A stretch of 64,000 nt of DNA from a virus (IMGVR_UViG_3300010354_000045:97494-161493); one strand, 5' to 3'. Shown: positions 18,025 to 27,761, counted from the stretch's first letter. Program-made: numbers and translations. The notes: generated by a model not told the origin, from the letters alone.

Positions 18025-18755
18025 TATTTAGATTGTGCAGGTAGGATATAATTGTAGACAGCAACACCGCTATCAACAGTAATCATCATTGCGCCAACAT
18101 CGGCAATCTTCATAGTGATGTCTCCAGGAAGATTAAGGATACTCATAACTTGAACAACCGGCCAACTCCAAGTTTGTTTTAGCTTACCAGTAACACCCGA
18201 ATGAAACACAAAGCTACCTGCGTGTGTACTAGCATCACCGAAACTAAAAACTAAGTTGCCATTATCAGTTTTGACTTGAAATGTATTTTCTTCACTGTGT
18301 GCGTTGGCTTGAAATTTTAATCTTTGAATGCTAGCAACACTTGGTTCAATCTCAACATCCCAAGTAGATCCTTTAAATTTAACGCTCTTAAGTTTTTCGT
18401 TAATGATTTCTTGATTCATAAATCTATAATCATTTTCAAAGTCGCCGGCAGCATTAACAAAGTGTAAGCCAGTTGGAATTTCTTCATTATTCCTCTGTTG
18501 TTTAACAACATTAATCACAGCATTTTCTTTGTACTCCGGGCACTTTAAATGAATGTCGAGTTTGTTTAAGTTAGGCATTCCAAATGTGCCTTCAAAATCC
18601 GATACTGGATTGTGAGTTTTAGCATTAAGGATAACGCTGCGATCTTCAGCCATTGATTCGATCGACGTCTCTTTGTCATTAGACACGATCTTAACTAAAG
18701 GTAAAAAGCCAATACTATGAGTATGTGCTACTAGGTCTTGTAAAAAATCTTTCAT
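18024..18755 (-). CDS. Sliding clamp (T4 gp45-like)
   Basis: About 243 aa, beta-rich two-domain pattern, C-terminal YNYILPAQ, close to the polymerase; start MKDFL follows GGAGA. Confidence 0.7.
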   Translation of the reverse strand: MKDFLQDLVAHTHSIGFLPLVKIVSNDKETSIESMAEDRSVILNAKTHNPVSDFEGTFGMPNLNKLDIHLKCPEYKENAVINVVKQQRNNEEIPTGLHFVNAAGDFENDYRFMNQEIINEKLKSVKFKGSTWDVEIEPSVASIQRLKFQANAHSEENTFQVKTDNGNLVFSFGDASTHAGSFVFHSGVTGKLKQTWSWPVVQVMSILNLPGDITMKIADVGAMMITVDSGVAVYNYILPAQSK

Positions 18756-18775
18756 GTAAGTCTCCATTAAATTAG

Positions 18776-18807
18776 ATTATATTTAGATCGTTGATAAAAG
18801 TCAACGA
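18776..18807 (-). promoter_or_regulatory. Sigma70-type promoter overlapping TAAATA and a 7-bp inverted repeat
   Basis: TTGACT-17nt-TATAAT; TAAATA at 18780-18785; TCGTTGA/TCAACGA at 18788-18807. Confidence 0.8.
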
Positions 18808-19565
18808 ATTTTTTCATTATATTCAACCGATTCGTTCAATATTGTTATTGGTTTATTTAGACCGCAACTATATTTTATAAACGCTTTAGTATCCTTGGGA
18901 AAACAATGACCTCCCCATCCTCGCCGACCGTCGGGCCCGGGAACCATTGTGTGATCCATGCCAATTCGATTATCATGGCCTAATACTTGTCTTACAACAT
19001 CGAATTCAGCACCACTAGCTTGGCACACATCATATATTTGATTAAAGAAACTGGTTTTAATTGCTAAGAAACTATTGGCAGTATATTTTATAATACTAGC
19101 CTCTAGACTACTACAATTAAAAAAGATTGTGCAGTGCGGCAAAGTCTTTGTGAATAAGTCCTGCCAAAAACAGTCAGGATCTTCTCCTCCTAATATCATA
19201 AATTTTTGATTTTGAAAATCTTGATTTGCAGTATTTGCTCTTAAAAACTCCGGACTAAAAGTTAAGCTGTGATCTTGATATTTTTCTTCAAGTAATTTAA
19301 CAACATCTGGACTTACTGTACTTTTAATTAGAACAGGTATATGCAATGGACACTGATCTAATACTGCTATAATTTGACTAGCATCACATCGTCCGTCAAT
19401 AGTACTAGGAGTACCAACACAAATTATTAATCCTTCTGCATCCGGATGATTTGAAATTTTATTATTGTTTATAACAGGATCTATAATTTCAATAGAGTAG
19501 TTATTTTTTAAGTTATTTGTTACGGCTTTACCAACAAAACCGTAACCCGCTATAAGTATCTTCAT
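18801..19565 (-). CDS. Short UDP-glucose/nucleotide-sugar 6-dehydrogenase lacking the C-terminal domain
   Basis: GYGFVG, CVGTP, KSTV, SPEFLR, KYTANSF and GWGGHCFPKD. Confidence 0.88.
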   Translation of the reverse strand: MKILIAGYGFVGKAVTNNLKNNYSIEIIDPVINNNKISNHPDAEGLIICVGTPSTIDGRCDASQIIAVLDQCPLHIPVLIKSTVSPDVVKLLEEKYQDHSLTFSPEFLRANTANQDFQNQKFMILGGEDPDCFWQDLFTKTLPHCTIFFNCSSLEASIIKYTANSFLAIKTSFFNQIYDVCQASGAEFDVVRQVLGHDNRIGMDHTMVPGPDGRRGWGGHCFPKDTKAFIKYSCGLNKPITILNESVEYNEKIR

Positions 19566-19566
19566 A

Positions 19567-22233
19567 TTAAAATTCAAACAGGCTGTTAAATGTGTTCTTT
19601 TCTTCAGTGGATCTAATATCCCAATTTAGAACACCGATTAGATTTTCTAACTTGTTATCAATGATAGTGGCTTCCATCTCGTCATGATCAAAAGGCAAAT
19701 CCTTAAACCATTGCGGCAACCTAAGTTCGTCAACAGGATACGCAACACTAGTAAATTCTAATGGATTAGGTTTAAGTTTACAAACAATAACTTTAGCACC
19801 ATCAGTAATGTTCATACTATACTTGTCACTGAACATACGCTTTAATGTGTTCCAGTTAATACTAGCGCGAACATGCCCAGGCATATTGGCTTTACCTTGT
19901 TTCTTTTCTTTGGCCTCATACTCAGTGATATTGTTAGCACGTTTAGGACTACCCTTCTCCCAACCTGGTCTTGCCTTAAATTTAATTCTAAATTCGGCAA
20001 TATGATCTAACACTTCTTGTTCTGTACTACCAGTTAACACTTTTTCAAGAACTTCACTTAAAAAATCTTGGATAAATTCTGGAGTGTCACTGCGTTTGAG
20101 ATCTAATCCCATAGCTTTAATTTTTCCGGGCTTACCTTCAATGTCAAGACGTTTGCCTTCTTTGTCGTAATAAAGAACTGCATAACGCTTTTTAGTAATA
20201 AACAAGCTCTTACTACCAACAATTTCTCGACCTGCTTTAATTACTTCTCCGCGTGTCTTTGGAACATGGAAAGCATCTAACATAAATTGAGGAAACGTTT
20301 GGTTAACTTCTCCGCCAATTTGATCGTACAGTTGAATAATAGTATCTTTAGTCCAGGGAATATGCCCAGCATCAATTTCATTTTTTAAAGTCTTGAAAGC
20401 ACTAAAGTAACAGGAATCTGTATCGCCGTAGATGATGGCCTTGCCAACATGGTTATATTCTCCTGTAATGATTTCATTGACCTTTCCAGCCATGTGCTTT
20501 GCAATCTGACGCCCAGTAAGAGTTGTAGATTGGCCGATACGCTTATCAAAAAAGCGACACCCAGGATTAAGGATGGCACCATAGAGCGAATTAAGGTTAA
20601 TCTTTTTAACCAACTGTCTTTTGTCCCAATACTCCTCTTCAATTTTGTTACCAGCATTTATAGCCTCCTTTAGTTTAGCCTGCATTTCCTTACGTTCAGC
20701 ATACCAGCGCTTTAACAGTCCTGGAATTATGCCTTCTTTTTCGTAAGTAAATATAGTGCCATTCGCCGAAAGCATCCAAGGCTGATTACTTTCATAGATT
20801 AGCCTATAGACCTCAGCAGCACTTAATACATCACTATCCCCATTTTCCCAGTCAATAGTAATGTCAGTGCCAATTTCACAGTTCATAACTGCGGTATATT
20901 CTAAACTGCCAAATAACCCTTCCCAAGCTGCCGCAAAACTTTTTCCTTTATTAATTTGATCTTGAATATGTGCATCTGTTAATGTTTGACGAAGTTGTCC
21001 TATAATTGTTTCAGGACCCATGTTTAGTGCTCTAATAGCACTAGGATAAAGACTGTTAATGTCTAATGAACCTACCCAGTCGTGTATACCTTCTTTAGGA
21101 TAAGCAACATAAGCTCCGGCAGCATTAGTGTTTTCTCTATCATCCATTTTAGGACGATTCGGAACTTGGAATCCTCTACGATGAGATTCGTTAATAATGG
21201 CCTGTTCAGTAACAGCAACCGCGCCCATAGTAGTTTGAATCAGCACAGTATTTTCATGCGCTAGAGTATTAGCTAGATCCAGAAACTTGAGTTTTTTATC
21301 GAGTTTGTCCAATAGAGCACAGTCTTGTCTGTTGTATTCAATAAATGTTTTGAAGTCGTTGTTGTATAACTGGTCCAGCGTTCCTTCATATTGGGTTTTT
21401 CTTTCCCCAAGTTCGTATTCCGCGATGGCATCCAATCGATAGCTGTGCCTTTCTTCATATGTATACTTTCTGTAAAGTTCAAGGTAGTCAACATGAACAC
21501 GACCAATAAAGTCATAGGTAGTTGCTGTACGACCAAATTTTTCGTATTCTCTCTTTTTCGGCAGTAAATTAAACAAACAAAATTTTCTTGTATCTTCTTT
21601 ACTCAAAACTTTTGTAACACGATTTACAGTATATGGAATATCAAAGCCTTCACTATTCCATCCGCTTAACACATCTGCATCTTGTATTAGATCTAAGAAA
21701 GTATCTAACAAATCTGCTTCTTTATTAAACAGCATAGTATTAGGGAATTCTTTAATCGCCTCTTTAGCCTGCTCCATAGTCATAGTCTTCGGAGGAATAG
21801 CTAAACAGACCATAGTATCTAACCATTGCAAGTGAACGGCAATGGCAGTAATAGGCATAAATGCGTCATCTGGTGATGCATAGCCTCTCTCTGGATCAAA
21901 ATCTACCTCAATATCAAAAAATGCTGCATTTAATTTTGGTGCATCTGCATTCAGATAATTTTCACTTAAACATACAAAAATAGGATTGATATCTGCTTCG
22001 TACATTTCTCGACCACTATTAATGGCCATTTCTTTACGAAGTTCTTTGGTATTTTTACAAACGATTCTAGTCAAGGAATCGCCGTAGATAGATTGGTGTT
22101 TGCCCTTGGGGTCTTTAACGTAAAAGGTGTGCCTTACAGGAATATCTTTGTATTCTCTCTCACCTTTCTTATTTCTTTCGACGATGCGGATAAGATCATT
22201 ATCCCTGTCGAAATAAGCGTCGACATAACTCAT
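19567..22233 (-). CDS. Family B DNA polymerase (gp43-like)
   Basis: Exonuclease motifs FDIE, GWNSEGFD and YNRQD; polymerase motifs DINSLYPS, KINLNSLYG, YGDTDS and KKRY. Confidence 0.98.
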   Translation of the reverse strand: MSYVDAYFDRDNDLIRIVERNKKGEREYKDIPVRHTFYVKDPKGKHQSIYGDSLTRIVCKNTKELRKEMAINSGREMYEADINPIFVCLSENYLNADAPKLNAAFFDIEVDFDPERGYASPDDAFMPITAIAVHLQWLDTMVCLAIPPKTMTMEQAKEAIKEFPNTMLFNKEADLLDTFLDLIQDADVLSGWNSEGFDIPYTVNRVTKVLSKEDTRKFCLFNLLPKKREYEKFGRTATTYDFIGRVHVDYLELYRKYTYEERHSYRLDAIAEYELGERKTQYEGTLDQLYNNDFKTFIEYNRQDCALLDKLDKKLKFLDLANTLAHENTVLIQTTMGAVAVTEQAIINESHRRGFQVPNRPKMDDRENTNAAGAYVAYPKEGIHDWVGSLDINSLYPSAIRALNMGPETIIGQLRQTLTDAHIQDQINKGKSFAAAWEGLFGSLEYTAVMNCEIGTDITIDWENGDSDVLSAAEVYRLIYESNQPWMLSANGTIFTYEKEGIIPGLLKRWYAERKEMQAKLKEAINAGNKIEEEYWDKRQLVKKINLNSLYGAILNPGCRFFDKRIGQSTTLTGRQIAKHMAGKVNEIITGEYNHVGKAIIYGDTDSCYFSAFKTLKNEIDAGHIPWTKDTIIQLYDQIGGEVNQTFPQFMLDAFHVPKTRGEVIKAGREIVGSKSLFITKKRYAVLYYDKEGKRLDIEGKPGKIKAMGLDLKRSDTPEFIQDFLSEVLEKVLTGSTEQEVLDHIAEFRIKFKARPGWEKGSPKRANNITEYEAKEKKQGKANMPGHVRASINWNTLKRMFSDKYSMNITDGAKVIVCKLKPNPLEFTSVAYPVDELRLPQWFKDLPFDHDEMEATIIDNKLENLIGVLNWDIRSTEEKNTFNSLFEF

Positions 22234-22243
22234 AGTTTCTCCA

Positions 22244-22290
22244 TGCGATTTTAGGCTCGCAAATACCGATGTAGCGGATTATGGCCCGCT
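22244..22290 (-). promoter_or_regulatory. Twin stem-loops in the polymerase leader (putative translational operator)
   Basis: AGCGG-GCCATAAT-CCGCT and TGCGA-GCCTAAAA-TCGCA lie immediately 5' of the GGAGA RBS. Confidence 0.6.
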
Positions 22291-22312
22291 TTGCCCACAT
22301 ATTGTACTATTT

Positions 22313-22570
22313 TTAGATACGTTTAGTAATATCCAAAATAGCTTCAATTTCTTCCCAGTCTTCATTGTAGGCTTTCCAATCACCTTTGTGTGCGATCTTA
22401 ATTGCTTTGTTAATGACGCTAGGTTTGATTTGTAATTCTTCTGCTACTGCCTTGACTGTTTCTTTTAAGCCTTCTTGTAAGTCTTCAACTTCACGTAGAA
22501 CTGTTGAGCCTTCAGCAATTAGCCTTTCCAATTTTGCCTTTTCTTCTGCACCGTATGAACGACCTGCCAT
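22313..22570 (-). CDS. Small dsDNA-binding protein (T4 DsbA/GapR-like)
   Basis: Helical pattern L.E.EDL.EGLK.TVK.VAEE..IKPSVINKAIKIAHK. Confidence 0.6.
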   Translation of the reverse strand: MAGRSYGAEEKAKLERLIAEGSTVLREVEDLQEGLKETVKAVAEELQIKPSVINKAIKIAHKGDWKAYNEDWEEIEAILDITKRI

Positions 22571-22593
22571 TATATTCTCCTCTAAATAAGCCT

Positions 22594-22622
22594 ATTGTAT
22601 ATTACTTAGCTACACTTGTCAA
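22594..22622 (-). promoter_or_regulatory. Sigma70-type promoter for the polymerase operon
   Basis: TTGACA-17nt-TACAAT. Confidence 0.85.
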
Positions 22623-22627
22623 TACGT

Positions 22628-22656
22628 AAAAGAAAAACGGCGGATAATCCGCCGTT
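22628..22656 (-). terminator. Rho-independent terminator ending the late cluster
   Basis: AACGGCGGA/TCCGCCGTT stem followed by a T-tract on the minus strand. Confidence 0.85.
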
Positions 22657-22673
22657 GTTCAAAGGTTGATAAT

Positions 22674-24605
22674 TTATTTTTTACCAGCGCCCATGTCTAA
22701 TTCGGGTGCTCTTTCTGAATCAGAAGGTTTTGGCCCTTCAGGTTTCTTTTCTGGAGCAACTGATTGATTAACTCTATCAATAAGATTCTGTGCTTTTTCA
22801 AGCTCAGTGAACACTTCTTGATCTTCGATATCTGCAAGTTGACTCATTATAGCTTGGATTTCTTTTATAAGCTCTTTTTGTTTGTCGGTTAATTGTTTTT
22901 CAGGAGCCGCGTTCGCCGCATTAGCTGTATTAGCTGCATTAGCTGCATTAGCCGCATCGGCTGCATTAGACGTAGTATTACCTCCGGCTGCTTGGTCTGA
23001 ACTACCAGCTCCAGCTGGTTGAGCGCCTTGTCCTGAACTACCAGTTCCAGCCTGTTGTGCTGCTGATCCTGCATCAGAATCTCTATTAGCTAGATATCCT
23101 ACACCGCCCGCAGCCGCTGCGGTAGCTAATCCAGTTTTAACCGGATTGTTGGCAATGGCTTGACCTGTTCTGTTGGCACCGGTTGCAAGCCTAGTAGCTG
23201 GATTAACAGTACCAATACCTGCTCTTGCTTGTTGAGCTAATTGTGCAGGAGTTAACGGCTTTTTACCTGCTGCTACTCTTGTTGCATTTGTAGCAGCTTG
23301 GCTTGCAGCTAGTTCATCAGCAGTGCGTGTTGTTCCTTGAGCAGCTCGACCACGTAGTCCACCTATGAGATTTTTTCCAACGTTCACTGCACCTCTTCCA
23401 AGTCCGCTGATGACATCAAATATACCCTCGTCGACTTCGGCATCCGGAGAATAATCTCTTTGACTTCTTTCTAATAGGATTAGTTTATTTCTTAGATTGG
23501 CCATACTTTCGGCTACATCTTCTCTAATTCCTGCTGCACCATATGTTTCTGGGCCAGGCATTCCGTCTGCTTTAATTCCTTTTTTCTGTTGCCAAGCTTT
23601 AAGTTTAGCTGCTGTTTCAGGTCCCATAATACCATCTGGATTAGCACCTATAATTTTTTGTAATTTGGCTAATTTGTTATCGCTAGCCGGCATACCAGCT
23701 TGCCCAGATGAAGATTGAGCAGTTTGTGTAGGTTTATTACTATTAGCTACTGCTGTTTTAATTTCTTCATCGTCTGGAAAAAAACTTCCAGTACGAGCCT
23801 TGTCTCTTCCTGCGTTGTATCCTGCTAGTCCCAGACTAGCAGCAGTTCCGACACCTGGTATCATACCAGCTAGACCAGCTGCACCAGAAAGAGCAGCACC
23901 TGTATAATCACCTTGTTGCGCTCTTCTGTATGCATCGTATCCACCAGCAGCTAATCCTAATCCAGGAATAGCTTTACCGATAGTTGACCATACTCCTTCA
24001 TCAGTTTGCTGATAGCCAAAACTTTCTACTAATTCTTTAGAAATACTTCTCTGACCAACAGATTCTCTTAGCGTTCTTTCTAATTCAAACATACGTGTGC
24101 TTAGTTTAAACAGTGCGTCTTTAATAAATGCATCGCCTGAAATTTTTGCACCTGTTTGTGCGCTTGACTTTTTAACTTGATCAAATTCTTGGCCTGCTTT
24201 GCCGCCGGTTAGTAAGTTAGTTAATCCTGCAGGACCTTGTGCATTTTGTGGAACTAGTCCTAACTTCATTAATGGTTGCCAATCGGCTGGTGTTGGCGGA
24301 GCAATCTGCGGAGCACCGCCAGTTTGACCATCCATTCTTTTACTTGTAGCAACAACAAATTCACCCTTGCTATTAAATAAACCAGGTAATCCTGCTTTGT
24401 CTGCTAAATCAGCTAGGGCAACGTTGCCTGCTGTAACAGGATCAAAGGTTGTAAATGCTTTCCAACCGCCCTTAGCCTTATCCATCGCAGCCTGTCTAGC
24501 AGCCATTTTTTCTATTTCCTGTACTTGCTGGAGAGTTACTGCTTCCGAAATAACTTGAGTGTTTTCTATTGCTTCAAGTTCTTGAAGTAATGCTTTAAAA
24601 TCCAT
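22674..24605 (-). CDS. Ala/Gly-rich virion (probable ejection) protein with a peptidoglycan-binding domain
   Basis: DGIMGPET...WQ..KGIKADGMPGPET PG-binding repeats, glycine-zipper hydrophobic segments and AAN repeats. Confidence 0.75.
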   Translation of the reverse strand: MDFKALLQELEAIENTQVISEAVTLQQVQEIEKMAARQAAMDKAKGGWKAFTTFDPVTAGNVALADLADKAGLPGLFNSKGEFVVATSKRMDGQTGGAPQIAPPTPADWQPLMKLGLVPQNAQGPAGLTNLLTGGKAGQEFDQVKKSSAQTGAKISGDAFIKDALFKLSTRMFELERTLRESVGQRSISKELVESFGYQQTDEGVWSTIGKAIPGLGLAAGGYDAYRRAQQGDYTGAALSGAAGLAGMIPGVGTAASLGLAGYNAGRDKARTGSFFPDDEEIKTAVANSNKPTQTAQSSSGQAGMPASDNKLAKLQKIIGANPDGIMGPETAAKLKAWQQKKGIKADGMPGPETYGAAGIREDVAESMANLRNKLILLERSQRDYSPDAEVDEGIFDVISGLGRGAVNVGKNLIGGLRGRAAQGTTRTADELAASQAATNATRVAAGKKPLTPAQLAQQARAGIGTVNPATRLATGANRTGQAIANNPVKTGLATAAAAGGVGYLANRDSDAGSAAQQAGTGSSGQGAQPAGAGSSDQAAGGNTTSNAADAANAANAANTANAANAAPEKQLTDKQKELIKEIQAIMSQLADIEDQEVFTELEKAQNLIDRVNQSVAPEKKPEGPKPSDSERAPELDMGAGKK

Positions 24606-24609
24606 TTTT

Positions 24610-24924
24610 TCAATCCTCTTTATTCTTTAGTCTTACACGTTCTGCTATTACAGAAGCATATTGATTAATAAGAGCTCTGCGCTGTTCTTTTTCTTTTAAT
24701 ATTTCTTCTTCAGCCTCCATAAAATACTTTTTTAGTAAAGTATCTTTTTGTTTTGCTGGTTGAGATTTTTGATAATGTTGCATGGTCATTTGTACAGGCA
24801 AACTAACTTTATGAGGACTAGTTCCTTCGTTTACTATCTGTACAAAACGTTTCATGTCGTTAGATCCTTCTACAGGCTTCGATGAAGCTCCGTCGATGGC
24901 CTGTAGAATTTTCCTCATATCCAT
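24610..24924 (-). CDS. Hypothetical protein, probable internal head protein
   Basis: ORF in the late cluster. Confidence 0.7.
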   Translation of the reverse strand: MDMRKILQAIDGASSKPVEGSNDMKRFVQIVNEGTSPHKVSLPVQMTMQHYQKSQPAKQKDTLLKKYFMEAEEEILKEKEQRRALINQYASVIAERVRLKNKED

Positions 24925-24928
24925 GATA

Positions 24929-26251
24929 TTATCCTAACAAACGCTGTGTTAGTTCTTTAACTCTTAAAACTTCGGCAGATTCTTTTACAGTCTCTTTTTT
25001 ATCTTCTTTGCCCATTGCTTTTTTGATTGCAGCGTCTTTATTATCTTTGTATTCTTTAGAATCTTTTTCTTTCTTACCGTCGTGATCCATGTCACCTTTT
25101 TCTGCTTCAGCTTCTGCTAGAGATTTCTTAGCGTCTTCTTTGACATTTTTCCACATGGTAACCGCAGCTGATTCCATTTTCTTACCAAACTTTTCTCCGC
25201 CCTTCATGCCCCATGTATTGCCTTTGTGCTTAGGTAGTTTAATATCATTGGCTTTATCTGCTTTCTTTTCAGCGGCCGATTTTTCTTTTACTTTGCTAGG
25301 TGCTTCACCGTGCTCTTCATCACTAAAATCTGTACGCTTATGCTTAACACCTGTTGCAGTTTTAGTTAGTTCACCAGTTTTTGTTTTTTTAGTATCGCCT
25401 ACTTTTTCTAATTCTTCTTTGACTTTCTTAGCTTTGCCGCCTTTTTCATCTTTACCTAAGCGTCCTGCAATAACATCACCGCGTGTTACTTTATCGTATG
25501 GTTTGGCATTGTTAGCTAAATTACCATCGCCTTTACCTTCGTCTAAATCTTTTTTCTTTTCTTTGTCTGCTTCTTTATCAGCTTTTTGACTTTGCCATCC
25601 TTGAACTTTAGTTGCTTTAACTTTAGCACCACTTGGTAGTTCTACTTCGCGCTCAGACTTTTTAGCTGGTTTACGATCTTCAGCTTCTGCAACTGCGGTT
25701 TCTGCACCAGCTTCAGCTTTTTTAGTTGGAGCTTTTTTAGCAGCAGGCTTTTTAGGAGCAGGCGCACTTCCACCGTCTGGATTGTGTGGCGGTGGAACAC
25801 CTTTATCAGGAGTAGAAACCCATACTCCGCCTTGAATAGATCCTTCTTTTACTTTTTCAGCTTGGGCTTTTTTAAGTTCTTTCATTTTAGCCTTAGCTTC
25901 TAAAAGTTTATTTTTTAATTCAGTTCTTTGACTTTCACTTAAAACATCGCTATTATCTAACTTATGTCCGTACTCACTAAATTTCATTTCGTATTCTAGA
26001 TAGTGATATACACTGGCAATATAGTCAGCAGCTTTGGTAATCTTTGCTTGTACCCAGGCTTCTAGTTGATCCTGATCCTGGATTTTTTTGAATAGTTTTA
26101 AGCTATAGTTAGCTAACTTGTATAGGTCAGCTTTGGCCATAGCACCTTCATGATCTGTTTCTCCAGGAGGAATAAACCCTTGTGGTTCGTCTGTAGGCAT
26201 AGAACCGCCTAGGTCCATTGGTGCATTCATTTGATCTAATTCTGGTGGCAT
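24929..26251 (-). CDS. Lys/Glu-rich probable internal head protein
   Basis: Highly charged, with many V/L-x-E sites and a DxDxDG motif; TAAATA upstream. Confidence 0.75.
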   Translation of the reverse strand: MPPELDQMNAPMDLGGSMPTDEPQGFIPPGETDHEGAMAKADLYKLANYSLKLFKKIQDQDQLEAWVQAKITKAADYIASVYHYLEYEMKFSEYGHKLDNSDVLSESQRTELKNKLLEAKAKMKELKKAQAEKVKEGSIQGGVWVSTPDKGVPPPHNPDGGSAPAPKKPAAKKAPTKKAEAGAETAVAEAEDRKPAKKSEREVELPSGAKVKATKVQGWQSQKADKEADKEKKKDLDEGKGDGNLANNAKPYDKVTRGDVIAGRLGKDEKGGKAKKVKEELEKVGDTKKTKTGELTKTATGVKHKRTDFSDEEHGEAPSKVKEKSAAEKKADKANDIKLPKHKGNTWGMKGGEKFGKKMESAAVTMWKNVKEDAKKSLAEAEAEKGDMDHDGKKEKDSKEYKDNKDAAIKKAMGKEDKKETVKESAEVLRVKELTQRLLG

Positions 26252-26274
26252 GAGTAAACTCCGTTTTCTTTATG

Positions 26275-26280
26275 TATTTA
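26275..26280 (-). promoter_or_regulatory. Putative late promoter TAAATA
   Basis: Recurrent motif located about 25 nt before a start codon. Confidence 0.55.
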
Positions 26281-27054
26281 GCGTTTTATAAATGATTGTT
26301 TTCCAATACTGCCCCCAGTAATAAGGTTAGTACCTTTCATATCTTGGGCGTTTTTAACAGTTCCATCTGGATTTTTAGCAGCTTTTGCTGGTTTGTTTTT
26401 GTATGTAGGACCAATGCTTACATTAGCAGCGCTGGTTGCTCCTGCGGTAGCTGATTCTTCTAAAGAGTTGTCGGAGTTCTTTTGCAACCAACTGTAAGCG
26501 CTGACAAAGTCACTAGGAAAATCTTCATCGTATCTAAAAATACCTGCTGCACGTTTTCTACCTAAATCATCTACAGCATACTTGTAACCTACATCTAAAA
26601 GTTCATCTGCCCTACCACTCGAGTCTAGATTAGGGTTATCAGAAAATACTTTCTTAGCAAGGATTTCGGAATACCTATCGCCGTCTTCGGCTAGACTTTG
26701 TTCGTCATCTTGTGCTTTCTTAGTTAAAAATATTTTACCATCTAGCTCTGGTTTGTTTTTTAATATGGCTAGTGCATAGTTATTTGCACCGCGTTTCCAA
26801 TCAAATACTTTAACTTCACCTTTACTTTTAAGAAGTTTTCCGTTAATTTTAATATACCAGGGGCCGCGATCACGGTCAATTTCTTGCTGTCGCATTTGTC
26901 GTTGCCAATTAGGATCGTCTTCATGCCCTAATTCGTGTTGTAATTCTGCACGTTTAAATGCACGCCTATCAGCATCCATCGCTCGTTGTTCTCTACGTTC
27001 ATAATCCATTGGATTATAAAAACTACTTCTTCTATAAATTTCGTTAAATCTCAT
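26278..27054 (-). CDS. Hypothetical modular protein, probable internal head protein
   Basis: MRFNEI N-terminus; LAE and LEE junctions; ESATAGATS module. Confidence 0.7.
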   Translation of the reverse strand: MRFNEIYRRSSFYNPMDYERREQRAMDADRRAFKRAELQHELGHEDDPNWQRQMRQQEIDRDRGPWYIKINGKLLKSKGEVKVFDWKRGANNYALAILKNKPELDGKIFLTKKAQDDEQSLAEDGDRYSEILAKKVFSDNPNLDSSGRADELLDVGYKYAVDDLGRKRAAGIFRYDEDFPSDFVSAYSWLQKNSDNSLEESATAGATSAANVSIGPTYKNKPAKAAKNPDGTVKNAQDMKGTNLITGGSIGKQSFIKR

Positions 27055-27329
27055 AATTTTTTCTCACCTGTAAAGTAAGGTAAACTAAACCAAAGTTTAA
27101 ACCATTCGGGTGTGCCTGGCTTAATATTATTCTCTCTTTGTATTCTGCCGTTTTCACTGCCTGTTACACTAATATTCATTCCTCGCATTTCATGCAACTT
27201 AGCATCTGCTCCAAGACCTGCTAGGTGTTGCATGGCTTTTAATTCATGTATAGGATCGTCGGGGGCAAGATAACAGTCGTCGGGACTGTTTTGATTTAAA
27301 TGTTCAGTAGTGATCCTGTATTGTTTCAT
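27051..27329 (-). CDS. Hypothetical phage protein
   Basis: ATGA overlaps on both sides; IKPGTPEWFKLWF. Confidence 0.75.
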   Translation of the reverse strand: MKQYRITTEHLNQNSPDDCYLAPDDPIHELKAMQHLAGLGADAKLHEMRGMNISVTGSENGRIQRENNIKPGTPEWFKLWFSLPYFTGEKKL

Positions 27330-27760
27330 TTTAACGTTGACCTTAACTGCCAGCTGTACTTTTTATGTATGTCTTGTCGTTCAGCTAGGAAGTTTGCAAG
27401 GCCATGATCTCCTGCTTGCTCGGCCATTTCATAGGTAATACGAAAAATATTAGCCATTTTTTCGCTATCTGATAATAGTTCAGCCACCATTGAACCTTGA
27501 TCTGGTACATCATCTTCGTCGTTAACTACAGATAACATACTAAATTTTTGTAAACTAGCAGGTGTATATAATTGTAATGCTCTCAGTTGTTCAGCAAATG
27601 TATCAATTCCTTCGTAAACTGCTTCGTAAATTTTTTCAAACAACATATGTAGTTGAGGAAAACTTGCTCCTTCTACGTTCCAATGAAAATTCTGTGCTTT
27701 AAGTGCAAATGCATACTCACTGGCAAATGCTGTTTTAAGTGCTAAATGATACTTGTCCAC
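27326..27760 (-). CDS. dps: Dps ferritin-like protein
   Basis: FHWNVEGASFPQLH..FE..Y...DTFAEQ and HKKYSWQL. Confidence 0.9.
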   Translation of the reverse strand: MDKYHLALKTAFASEYAFALKAQNFHWNVEGASFPQLHMLFEKIYEAVYEGIDTFAEQLRALQLYTPASLQKFSMLSVVNDEDDVPDQGSMVAELLSDSEKMANIFRITYEMAEQAGDHGLANFLAERQDIHKKYSWQLRSTLK

Positions 27761-27761
27761 A

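Noticed and set aside
19567-22233. Intein or intron in the DNA polymerase
   Set aside because: The length is normal and the motifs are contiguous.
22905-22968. 9-nt repeats (AAN) as a regulatory array
   Set aside because: They are degenerate in-frame coding repeats in a low-complexity linker.
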